Made by a program: the position numbers and the translations under genes. DNA of 43,687 nt, taken from NCBI GenBank assembly GCA_038045985.1, contig JBBSXA010000017.1:18799-62485 (forward strand), in the 5' to 3' direction. A model generated the notes under the pieces. It did not search any database. It saw only the letters and a program-made list of their open reading frames with translations, and had not been told where the DNA came from. Source of the stretch: Nanobdellota archaeon. Lineage in GTDB: Archaea > Nanobdellota > Nanobdellia > Pacearchaeales > GW2011-AR1. The first letter of the stretch is position 1, and each line of letters opens with the position of its first letter. Below, one piece after another: positions 18,771 to 29,500 of this stretch.

Positions 18771-19580
18771 ATGGAAGTTAAATTTGATGTTATAAAGCCT
18801 AATTTGTATTTGGCTGGAGATGAAATCTATTTTGGCATAGATTCTTCTGATATTATTCCTGTGAGCAAATCTATTGAAGAAATTGTTAGAAACAATATAG
18901 GCGAGTTGAAAGTAAAAGAATCAGATTTAGAAGTTGCTGAATTTGGGAAGAGCAAAAAAACCGAAGAAAAATATATTGCTCCATTAAGAAAATATCTAGA
19001 TACATGCAGCCCTAAATATAGTTTAGGTCGTATACCTGGAGTGGCAACTCAGGATTCTCTCTTGTTTGGTTTGGGTTATATAATTAATGCTCAAACAGCA
19101 GAAAATAGGAGCGAAATAGATGACTGGAAGCGACTCCAAGCAGAATTGGCTGATCCTGACAAATATTTTAATGGATTAGAAGAAAGCAGTTTTATTCTCA
19201 AAGTGGACAGGGAGAAGACACTAGAACAAATGAAGAAAGTGCATGAAGAATTAGATTTGAAAATGCCTGAAAATTATGCAGAATTTGTATTAGTGAGTGG
19301 ATATATTCCATCTACAAACACGGAAGTTAAACGGCAACACCTTGGTGTAATAGCCTTTGAACAATTAAAAGCAAAAGATAAAAACAAGATTGAGGGGGCT
19401 AAAACTGGCCTTATTGAAAGATTAAAAGAAACAGATGGTCCGTGTTTATCATTTGATGCTCCTTGCATATTTGGTCAAATGATGGATTTGTTTTATGACG
19501 CTCCAGAGTTGATTCAAAGATATGGGGATGTTCTTGCGTCTCCAAATTGGAAGACAAGATTATTTAGATTAGATCCTTGA
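18771..19580 (+). CDS. Hypothetical protein
   Basis: 269-aa ORF; TTTAAAAA 30 nt upstream. Confidence 0.75.
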   Translation: MEVKFDVIKPNLYLAGDEIYFGIDSSDIIPVSKSIEEIVRNNIGELKVKESDLEVAEFGKSKKTEEKYIAPLRKYLDTCSPKYSLGRIPGVATQDSLLFGLGYIINAQTAENRSEIDDWKRLQAELADPDKYFNGLEESSFILKVDREKTLEQMKKVHEELDLKMPENYAEFVLVSGYIPSTNTEVKRQHLGVIAFEQLKAKDKNKIEGAKTGLIERLKETDGPCLSFDAPCIFGQMMDLFYDAPELIQRYGDVLASPNWKTRLFRLDP

Positions 19581-19658
19581 TTCTTTGAGTGAAATAAATA
19601 TTTTTTGGCTTCTATTTATCTCAGGTATAACTTGCCATTGAGAACCTCCTGCGGGTTC

Positions 19659-19726
19659 TTCACAACTCCAGCATCCTGCTTCGCAATGAGAACCTGTTTT
19701 TTCACAACTCCAGCATCCTGCTTCGC
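19659..19726. repeat. Two perfect 26-bp direct repeats between convergent genes
   Basis: TTCACAACTCCAGCATCCTGCTTCGC at 19659-19684 and 19701-19726. Confidence 0.92.
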
Positions 19727-19730
19727 TATA

Positions 19731-21155
19731 CTATGTATAGCTCGCCATTCCATGAACTTTCTTGTAAATGTCAAACAGGCTAAAAGCTCTTTCTATTGCA
19801 TTTTTAGCAGATAGTTTTCTTAAATGCTCTTTTTCAATCCAATTGTCTTTTTTCACTTCTTTTATTTTTATCTTCTCTGGTTTTTTATCTTCTCGTTTTT
19901 TTTCATAAGATCCGAAAAGCGCTGAAAAAGGGTTCGAGCTGTCTTTTTCTTTTTCTTCTTTTTCTTCTTTTTCATCCAAGAAAAAGTCTATCTCATCCTG
20001 TATCTGCTTCAGGCTCTCGCCGGTAGACCCTTCCATTAATCCAATGACATCAGAGAGATCTGATTTGTCGAGCTCTTCATTCAATTTGAAGATTTCATCT
20101 TCGTTGAGGGAGTATCCTTTGAATGTTATTTCAACTTTTCCACCAAAGACGTAATGCTGGCTTGTCTGGATTCTCTGCGGAATCCCCCTGAATTTGAAAT
20201 CTACGAGGATGCATGAATAATATTTTCTTTTTAATTTCCTTAAGAAGGATTCTTTTTGAAAATCATTTGGCAGAGACCCTTCAAGCGCAGATTCCTTGAC
20301 TTTTAATTCGTTTCTTCCTAAAATAGTCAGTTCCAGAAGCAGTGTGTTAAAAATATTTACCATGTCTGGATTTCTTCCGTAATCTTTTTGCTCTAGTTTT
20401 GCAGCAGCCCTTAAATAAGGCTTTGCCCATCTTGAATAAAGCTTTAAAGAATTTACCTGGCTTTTCAGGTAGTTTCTTTCAAGTTCATAGCGTTTTTTTA
20501 ATTCTTTTCCAGAGTGCTCTACCCACATGTTGAACTCAGCTATTCTTGGCGTGACAATCCTTCTTATTCTTTCATTTAGATCAAGCTTGTTTACTTCTTT
20601 TTCATCCTTTACAGCCAGAAAAGCGTCGATAAGTGTTGCGAAGCCGCCTTGAAAAGCCAAAGGCTTTATTGCAGAATTGCCCTTTTGAATGTCAACTTTG
20701 TCCATCCATACTTGTTTTAACGCAAGCCTAGCTCCTTCTGATTTTGAGGGAACTTTTGATCTTAAATCATCGTAATACTGAAGCCTTATCCTAAACTCTT
20801 TTAGATCATATATTATATTCAGAACACTTCTCAAAACAATATTAATATCTCCTAAAATTTTTGCGCCTTGCTGCTGCATTACTGTTGCTCTTTGGCCAAT
20901 CTCGGAAAAGTGGCCCGATCCAGGAGATGATGCAAAATTATCAATTAATTTTTCTGGATTTAGCTTGAAGTCATTCATTAAATCTAAAACGAAAAAATAA
21001 ACGGGCTCTAGGGTTTCAGAGCTTGAATCATAGACAAGAGTATGCTCTGCCTCTGCAACGCTGTCTATTAAGCCTGCTGATTTTTCTTTGGCTCTTTTTG
21101 AATAGTACGGGCTAATTTCCTGTATTATTTCAGAAACTGTTTTCACCTCTGCCAT
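19731..21155 (-). CDS. Hypothetical protein (helical, charged C-terminus)
   Basis: 474-aa ORF; no motif confidently recognised. Confidence 0.85.
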   Translation of the reverse strand: MAEVKTVSEIIQEISPYYSKRAKEKSAGLIDSVAEAEHTLVYDSSSETLEPVYFFVLDLMNDFKLNPEKLIDNFASSPGSGHFSEIGQRATVMQQQGAKILGDINIVLRSVLNIIYDLKEFRIRLQYYDDLRSKVPSKSEGARLALKQVWMDKVDIQKGNSAIKPLAFQGGFATLIDAFLAVKDEKEVNKLDLNERIRRIVTPRIAEFNMWVEHSGKELKKRYELERNYLKSQVNSLKLYSRWAKPYLRAAAKLEQKDYGRNPDMVNIFNTLLLELTILGRNELKVKESALEGSLPNDFQKESFLRKLKRKYYSCILVDFKFRGIPQRIQTSQHYVFGGKVEITFKGYSLNEDEIFKLNEELDKSDLSDVIGLMEGSTGESLKQIQDEIDFFLDEKEEKEEKEKDSSNPFSALFGSYEKKREDKKPEKIKIKEVKKDNWIEKEHLRKLSAKNAIERAFSLFDIYKKVHGMASYT

Positions 21156-21253
21156 GCAAATACCAAGTAATTTAAGTTTAAAAAATGTTTCTAATCCTTT
21201 TTGTTAAAGAAAGAGTTTATAAAATCAATTTACGAAAATATTGTTATGGGGTG

Positions 21254-21367
21254 TCATTCATCTTTTAGCTTATCTTCATCGATTAATTCATCATCTTCTT
21301 CATAATCAATTTCAACTTCCTTGGATAGCTGGAGATAGTCTGAATTAGCAGCACGCTTTTCCATCAT
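21254..21367 (-). CDS. Putative 37-aa acidic peptide (not in ORF track)
   Basis: MMEKRAANSDYLQLSKEVEIDYEEDDELIDEDKLKDE*; AT-rich TATA-like tract at about 21385-21398, shared with the divergent ABC gene. Confidence 0.5.
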   Translation of the reverse strand: MMEKRAANSDYLQLSKEVEIDYEEDDELIDEDKLKDE

Positions 21368-21411
21368 GAACCAAAGGGCTTGAAATATATAAATATATTC
21401 GTTATGGCAAG

Positions 21412-23196
21412 ATGAAAACAAGGCGGGGAGAGAAAATAGAATTCAAGTACAATCTTAAAGAGTACTGGGATTTTTTAAAGAAATACAAAAAACTGCTTTT
21501 TTCACTTTTATTTATTTCCTTGGTTGTAGAGTCTCTTTTAACACTTGATAAGTTTTTATTCAAGAGAATCATTGATGATGGGTCTTCTTTTATAGGGGGA
21601 AGCCTAGGCCAGAGTATTTTTGTCCAGGTTTTGATGATTATACTGGCTATTTATGCAGGGTCTATTATTTTGAGAGTTGCTGGAAAATGGCTTGTTATTA
21701 ATCTCTTAAATAAACTGGATTCTGGACTTATTCAAGATATTAAAGTCAAGTATTTCAGCCATATTTTGAGGCTTTCGCATAATTTCCATACTACTCATAA
21801 AACAGGCTCTTTGATTTCAAGAATGAACAGAGGGTCTGGTGCAATAGAGACAATGACCGATATTATTGTTTATAACGCCGCGCCTTTATTCTTCCAGCTG
21901 ATTGTCGTCGGGTTCACATTGGCTTATTTCAGCACAGGATCTGCTTTTGTCATTTTGGCAGTGACTATTGCGTTTGTAGTCTACAGCTATTACATCCAGG
22001 AAATTCAGCAGGATTCCAAATTGAAGTTTAATGAATATCAAGATTTTGAAAAGGGATTCATAAGTGACATCTTCACAAATATCGACTCGATTAAATATTA
22101 CGGGAAAGAAAAAGATATAGAAAATAGATTTGATTTTATAACTTCAACAGTAAAAAAGAGATCTCTGAAATATTGGAGTTATTTTAGGTTCTTTGATGCA
22201 GGGCAGGTTCTAATAATCGGCATTGGAACAATCCTTCTGCTTTATTTCCCTTTGTCAAGTTTTTTAGCTAAAGAAATCAGCCTTGGAACTTTAGTTTTTA
22301 TATACACAATTTATGGGAATGTCGTAGGGCATATTTTTGGATTTGTCTATGGAATGAGGAATTATTACAGGGCAATGGCGGATTTCCAGGATCTTTTTAA
22401 TTATGGGAAAATACAGAATGATATAAAAGACAAACCAAACGCCAAAATTTTTAAAATAACAAAAGGGGAAGTTGAATTTGTAAATGTCAATTTCAGCTAT
22501 GGGAAAAGGAGAATTTTGTCTGATTTTAACTTAAAAATAAGGACTAATGAGAAAATTGCCTTTGTGGGCCATTCTGGAAGCGGGAAGACTACTATCATCA
22601 AGTTGCTTAATAGATTTTATGATGTAGACTCTGGCGCAATACTTATTGATGGAGAAGACATAAAGAATTTCAAACAAGAGTCATTAAGGTCTGAATCGGG
22701 AATAGTTCCCCAAGAATGTATCCTGTTTGACGATACTCTTTATAATAATGTAAAGTTTTCAAAGCCAAATGCCTCTAGGGAGGAGATAATGAAAGCTATT
22801 GCCTTTGCCCAACTTGATAAGGTCATTAAAAACTTTCCAAAAAAAGAGGACACTATTGTCGGTGAAAGAGGAGTGAGGCTTTCTGGAGGGGAAAAGCAGA
22901 GAGTTTCTATTGCAAGGGCAATACTGGCAAATAAAAAAGTTCTTCTTCTGGATGAGGCCACTTCATCATTAGATTCTGAAACAGAAAGCGAAATCCAAAA
23001 AGACATGCAGAAGCTTCTACAGGGCAGGACTTCTATAATCATCGCGCACAGGCTTTCTACCATCATGAGTGCTGACAGAATAATTGTCTTGAAAGATGGG
23101 AAAATAGTCCAGGAAGGGGCCCATTCAGAGCTGATAAGGCAGAAAGGTGAATACAAAAAGCTGTGGAATCTTCAAAAAGGAGGATACATAGAATAA
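21412..23196 (+). CDS. ABC exporter, fused permease/ATP-binding (ABCB/Atm1-MsbA-like)
   Basis: N-terminal TM domain; GHSGSGKT, LSGGEKQR, LLLDEATSSLD, IAHRLST. Confidence 0.93.
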   Translation: MKTRRGEKIEFKYNLKEYWDFLKKYKKLLFSLLFISLVVESLLTLDKFLFKRIIDDGSSFIGGSLGQSIFVQVLMIILAIYAGSIILRVAGKWLVINLLNKLDSGLIQDIKVKYFSHILRLSHNFHTTHKTGSLISRMNRGSGAIETMTDIIVYNAAPLFFQLIVVGFTLAYFSTGSAFVILAVTIAFVVYSYYIQEIQQDSKLKFNEYQDFEKGFISDIFTNIDSIKYYGKEKDIENRFDFITSTVKKRSLKYWSYFRFFDAGQVLIIGIGTILLLYFPLSSFLAKEISLGTLVFIYTIYGNVVGHIFGFVYGMRNYYRAMADFQDLFNYGKIQNDIKDKPNAKIFKITKGEVEFVNVNFSYGKRRILSDFNLKIRTNEKIAFVGHSGSGKTTIIKLLNRFYDVDSGAILIDGEDIKNFKQESLRSESGIVPQECILFDDTLYNNVKFSKPNASREEIMKAIAFAQLDKVIKNFPKKEDTIVGERGVRLSGGEKQRVSIARAILANKKVLLLDEATSSLDSETESEIQKDMQKLLQGRTSIIIAHRLSTIMSADRIIVLKDGKIVQEGAHSELIRQKGEYKKLWNLQKGGYIE

Positions 23197-23252
23197 ATTA
23201 TAATTTATTACCCCACAACTAACTTTAAAAATGTAAATATCCTCATTAAAGA

Positions 23253-23588
23253 ATGGGTTTTTTTGGAAGAAAAGATAAGGTGATTGATCTTTCTGAGAGA
23301 TATAGAGTAAGGCAAAAACTGGCAGATAAGAATAAAAAAGAGCCAGAAGATAAGCCGGCTGAAAACCAAAATTCTGGAGGGCTTTTCAGTTTTTTCAGCA
23401 ATGTTGGAAGCCAAAATGCAGCGAGCTCACAAGCTAATGCTGAAAGCTCAGAAGATTCAGATGAAAAAAGAAAAAAGCTTGCAAAAAGGCTTGTTGAGAT
23501 GACTAATAAAATTGAAGAGATTTCAAATCAGATTTATAGGCTTCAGCAGAGAATTGAGGTTCTTGAAAGAAGAGCAAATATAAAATAA
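23253..23588 (+). CDS. Hypothetical coiled-coil protein
   Basis: C-terminal heptads IEEISNQIYRLQQRIEVLER. Confidence 0.75.
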   Translation: MGFFGRKDKVIDLSERYRVRQKLADKNKKEPEDKPAENQNSGGLFSFFSNVGSQNAASSQANAESSEDSDEKRKKLAKRLVEMTNKIEEISNQIYRLQQRIEVLERRANIK

Positions 23589-23591
23589 AAC

Positions 23592-26500
23592 ATGAAGAGG
23601 GGCAGAAAAAAGGGTTTGTCAGAAGTTGTTACGGCATTAATTGTTATTCTTATAGTTCTTGTGGCTTTGACTATAATATGGGTTGTTGTGAAAAGCATTC
23701 TCAGCACGGGAACAGATGACATTAATGTGAACAGGCTGACTATTGATGTTGGAATTGACTCTGCTAACATTGATAATTCAACAAACAGCATATGTGTCAA
23801 GGTGAAAAGAGATCCTGGATTGGGAAATTTAAAGGCATTGAAGTTTATATTCTATAATCTCACAGACAGTGAGGAATTTATTCAGGACGCCACTTTATCA
23901 GAGCTTGAAGAAAGGCTTTTTTGCTTTACGCTTGTGAATCTTGATGTGGATAATCTTACAAGAATCGCTATAGCTCCTATTATAGAGACAGCGTCAGGCA
24001 GCGAGGTTTTTGGAGATATCATTGACACTTATAATATTAGGGGGGGAAGTTCAGGCAGGGGATCTAGCTCTTCATCTGGAAGCTCATCGTCTGGCGGATG
24101 CACGCCAACACTAACTTGTTCTTCTTGGAATGCAGCCTGCGGAACTCCTAGTGACGGATGCAATCCTTTACCAAGTTGTGGAACCTGTGGAGGTGGACAG
24201 TTCTGCAATGCGACTTATCAATGTGAACTTGCTCCCTGCAATTTGACAAATGCTTATTGGCTTCAAACAAATGTTGTTGTTGGAACTTTTGTCGGCTTGA
24301 ATGTTAGCGGGACAAATTGTAATGGTTTAACAGTTAATTTCACAGTCTGGGAGGATGACATTAATTCTGCAGATGATCTTATAAATGTGTCTGGTCCGGC
24401 AAATGCAGTGTTTTCAGGAACAAACGCAATAGGTTTCTGGCAAGCTGAATATCAATTTGATGAAGGCGCAGAAGCAAGTGTTGATCCGGAATATTATTTC
24501 AATGTAACTTTAGTTGGCAACTCTTCTGAATGGATTTTAAGCAGTCCGCCAGTGCTAAGTGTGACAGAGTTTGCAACCTGTATAGACAGCGATGGGGATA
24601 CTTATAATACTTCTTCGGGAGGAGCTTGCGGAACGCAATCTGACTGCAATGATTCAAATATAAATATTTATCCTGGAGCGGCGGAAATATGCAATGGTGT
24701 TGATGATGATTGCAATGCTGGAACTATTGAAACTTGCCCAACATTAAATTATTATTGTGATGGCGATACTGATACTTACAGGAGCTTGTCAATTTCTGGG
24801 AGCTGTTCAACTTATAATTGCGTTCCAGGAAGCTGTTCGCAGACAGTTGGAAACGACTGCAACGATACAAATATAAATGTTAATCCAGGAGCTACAGAAA
24901 TTTGTGACGGAGTTGATAACAATTGCGTTGGAGGAATTGATGAAGGAGGGGTTTGCGGGGGAAATCCAACATACCTGAATTGCGCAGCTGTTCCGGCAAA
25001 TGTTTTAGGTGGAAAGACTTGTGTTGAGGTTACAAGTTGTGGGACTTTGAATATAACTGATTCTTATTATTTAATGATGAATGATGTGTCTTCTGCAAAT
25101 AGCTGTTTCTTTGTAAATAACAGGAACATTACACTTGACTTAAATAATTATACCGTTACATACGCTAGTGCTGGTTCAATGGTTAATTGCGGAACATTAA
25201 GACTTAGCAGAGATGGTTTACCAGATAATTCTCCGGATAATATATGTCACTTTGGTATTTATCAGTCAAACCCGGATCTTTTTTTAGGGTTAACAATGGT
25301 TCCCGATAGTCCACCCGGACTTTCTAATAGCGTTCAATATTTTACTTTAAAAAATGGAAGAATAGAACAGTTTGACGGCTCGGCTGATTATTCTGCAGCT
25401 ATTATGTGGAAGAATGGCAATCTTACAGTTGTTGATGTTACGGCCACTGCCAAAGGGAAAAATTCTGATACATTGAACTGCATGATATTAGGTTATTGTT
25501 CTGGAGCACAAATTTATAACAATGAATTTTACAGCGTTGGCCCTTTAATTCAGCAGTCGGACAGAAACGCTAATTTTGGAACACTGAGATTAAACGGAGA
25601 TTATTCTAATGTTTATAATAATAAATTATGGTATAGTCGTCAAACAGGTATAAATTTAGGTGCAAGTTATTCAAAAATTTACAATAATGATATAGCACAA
25701 AATCAGAGTGCAGAAAATGCTTTCTCGATTTCTTGTTGGGATTGTTCTGACAATGAAATATATAATAATTATATTCATCCTTTTAATGGAAGGGGAATTA
25801 TAATTGATAACGCTGCTAGAAGAAATAAGATTTACAATAATACGATTATTGTTAAAGAATCAAACAGAACTCAAATTGAAGGATATCCTTTGTCACAAGC
25901 ATATGCTTTGCGTATAAGAACTTGGGCTGCAAATAACAATTTTGATAATGAAGTTCACAATAATAACCTAACTGCTTATGCTGGATTTCCAGGAATGGAA
26001 AATGATGGAACAGGATTAATTTTGACTTTTGTCGACGGTGCTCAACCTAACGGTTATAATCCAAATTACATCTATAATAATACAATTACTGCCATTAGTT
26101 TTAACACCAATTACATTGCAAGCGCTGTGGGTATTGAAGGACCTGATAATGATACCCCTCCTATAGGGATTTTTTTTAGTGGAAATACGTTAGCAGGAAA
26201 TAGTCATTTAATCTCTGTTGGCACTATTGCTGGAAATGACCGCGCTGGCCATGATTATGAATTCATTAATACGCTTTTTAGGAAAGAGGGAATGGATTTG
26301 CCATCATTTTCTGCTGTTGATTTGCATGCAGGTACGGATGCAAACTACCAAGCTAATAACATAACTGTTTTAAACGCCAGTTTTTCAGGAGGAGCAAGTA
26401 TAAATGACATTACTTTTGATAGCGTAAGATGTACTCTATTTCCTCCATGTTATTATTTCTTGAAATGGTTTTTGAATGTGAATGTTTTTGATGGGGCTAA

Positions 26501-29500
26501 TCCTGCACAGAATGCACAGGTCACTATAAGAGATTCTTTTAACAATATTGTTTATTCTGGTTTTACATATTTAAATGGATCTGTTCCCATACAAAATCTC
26601 ACTGAATTTAAGAATCAATTTTCTGTTGGAAAAACTTATTATACTTCTCATAATGTTACAGTAACTTACAATTCTACAACACAATCAAGACTTGTGAACA
26701 TGAATCAATCAAGAACAGAGGATTTTGTGTTTAGTGGTGGAGGAGCTCCAGGCACCCTCACTTCAATTCACAATTCTCCTGTAAATAACTTTAATATTAC
26801 TAACGGAAGCTCTTTTTTATATAACGTTACACTTTTCTGCAATGGTGGAATTTGCGGAGACGTTGTTGCGACTTTAGATCCGTATTGGAATGGTATGTTT
26901 GGATTTAATTATATGAGCACAGGAACAGGACTGACTGTTCTTGATACAAGTGATGAGATGATTGCTATACCTTTCAAGTTTATAACAAATGGAACACCTA
27001 CATCAAGCGTAACAAATGTTTATACCTTATTGGGGGGAGCTGGAACACCTCCAGCATATAATTTGGGTTTAGTGGCAGATAATGCAGGAACTCCCGGAAC
27101 AACTTGGCTTGGAGCGTCAAATAATGGATTTTGCGCAATAACACCGTCACTTACTCAAAGCCTTCAAGGATGCAATTTAATAGAAAATGTAACACTAACT
27201 AATAACACTGTTTATTGGGTTTTGATGAATTACAGCAGCGGAACAATTGACGGAGGAAATAATGCAAGAGCAATTAGCTTTAGCGAACAAGCAGGACATA
27301 GTCTTGAGCAGGCATATCTTAAGAATATGGAAGATAGAGATATTCAATTTTGGTTTTTTACTTTAGGAGTGTGGACATTACAAACAGGAAATGGCGCCCA
27401 ATTTGTTTTAAATTACCAAAGAGATGACTTAGCTCAATACGGAAATCCTTATATTTCCTCTGTTACAAACAGTATTTACGGAATTCAATTGGCTGCAGAA
27501 GTCTTTCAAGTGGATGAAAATATAACAGTCAGCAATGTAAGCTTAACAACAAGCGAAGCAGGAACTCCTCCTTGTGCTGGAGAGTTTGTTTTAGTAAATG
27601 GTGTTCCCGATGTTAACTGGAATGCAAATGCTTTAGCAAGGTGCTCTGTTCCGTCAACATGGACAGGAACAGCAGTAAGAGGATGCAACTTTGCAAGCGC
27701 AGTTAATTTGACTAAAGGAAATAATTATACAATACTTCTTAGAGATATGAATAATACCTGCGATGCAGTAAATAGATTAACAGGAACAATATCTCAAAGT
27801 GTTTACGGAAATTCTTATGCAATAGATTTAACTTATGATGGAAGCGGAAGTTATTTTGTCAATACAACTGATAATGGAACAACATGGACAACTGATTATT
27901 CTAAAGATTGGGCATTTGCTTTTAATTATTCCTTGACACCATCTCAAGGTGCTCAACCCCCAACATCAAAAGGAGTTGTTTCTCAAGGGTCTGGAACTCC
28001 TTTTTACACAACTTCATCTAATCCACAATCATGCTTGAATATGCAAAGCGGGAATTCGTGCAATTTAATCTGGAATGTTTTCGCAAATGGGACTTTACAA
28101 AATTATGATTTCTTTGTTATATTTAATGCAACAGATCCGCTTGTCACAGATATAAATTCATCAACAATAAATATTTCAATTGTTCAGCCTCCTTGCAATT
28201 TAACAAATGCACTTTGGTCAACGAGTAGCGTGGTTCAAGGAACACAAGTAACTTTAACAGTTAATGGGACAAACTGTGACGGAAAAGCCTTGAACTTTAC
28301 AATTAAGGAAGATGATTTTAGTTTTGGTGGAGAAGATACTTTTGACGATGATGTGACAATTAATCCTTCAAATGCAAACTTTGTTGGAAACACAGCAACA
28401 ACAACTTGGATTGCAGAACATCAGGGTGATGGAATTCTTGGAGGAGATCCAGAATATTATTTCATATCCACTTTAGTAAGCAATGCAAGTGAAAACATAA
28501 AAAGCAATCCGCCTTTGTTAAGTGTTTCACAAGATACAATCCCTCCAATAATTACAAATGTTCAGGCAATAAGCATTACTGAAAATTCTGCGACAATATC
28601 TTGGACAACAAATGAGAATGCAGATTCAAAGGTTGAATATGGCCTTACAACCAGCTATGGAACAAATACTACTCTTGACACAAATTTAGTTACATCACAT
28701 TCACAATTAATTTCAGGGTTAACAAATGATACATTATATCATTACAGGGTTTTATCAAATGATTCTGCAGGAAATTTAAATAGTTCTGGAGATTATAACT
28801 TTACAACATTGAGTCCTGGAGCAGCAGGACAGCATTTAAACTGCACTGATATTAACTTATTATATCCATCTATGACTTGTGTTGAAGTTGCAAGCTGTGG
28901 ATTAAATCTTAGCGCTTATAACACTTATTATATTTTGATGAATGATATAAGCTCAGCAAACACTTGCATTATCGTGAATCCTTCCACAATTCCTAACCAA
29001 AATCCACCATTGAGCATTTTTGATTTGAATCAATACACTCTTACATTTGGTGAATCCCTTGGTGTTGGACAATACGGAATAGACATTCAAGGAGGGTTTA
29101 ATTTTAGGCCAAATATAGAAATTAAAAATGGTTTTATTAGACAAGGGGCTGGAAATGGAACAGATTGTGTAACAATTGATGGAAGCTCTTCAAGCCCAAA
29201 CCAAGAATATCATCATCTTAATTTGTTCACTTATGGGTGGGATTGTGGGAATCTCAGAATAGCTGGAAAGAATATTACAATCAGAGACAATTACCTTGAG
29301 CAGAATGTTTCTTATGTTACAGACAGAGCTAGAAAAGCAATAAATCAAATAGGAGTAAGTCAAACTGATGCAAGTGGAGCATTTGGTTTTCTTGTAGGAA
29401 AATTATTGATTTATAATAATACTTTAAGAGGCAAAGGACAGATGGGAATATCTGCCACTAGATACTCTGCAGCTGCTTGGGGAAATTCTACTGCATTAGG

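Noticed and set aside
19659-19726. CRISPR array
   Set aside because: Only two repeats, a 16-nt spacer that is itself partly repeated, and no cas genes.
19605-19814. 69-aa ORF with duplicated FFTTPASCFA
   Set aside because: By-product of the DNA repeat; TTG start and antisense overlap with a real gene.
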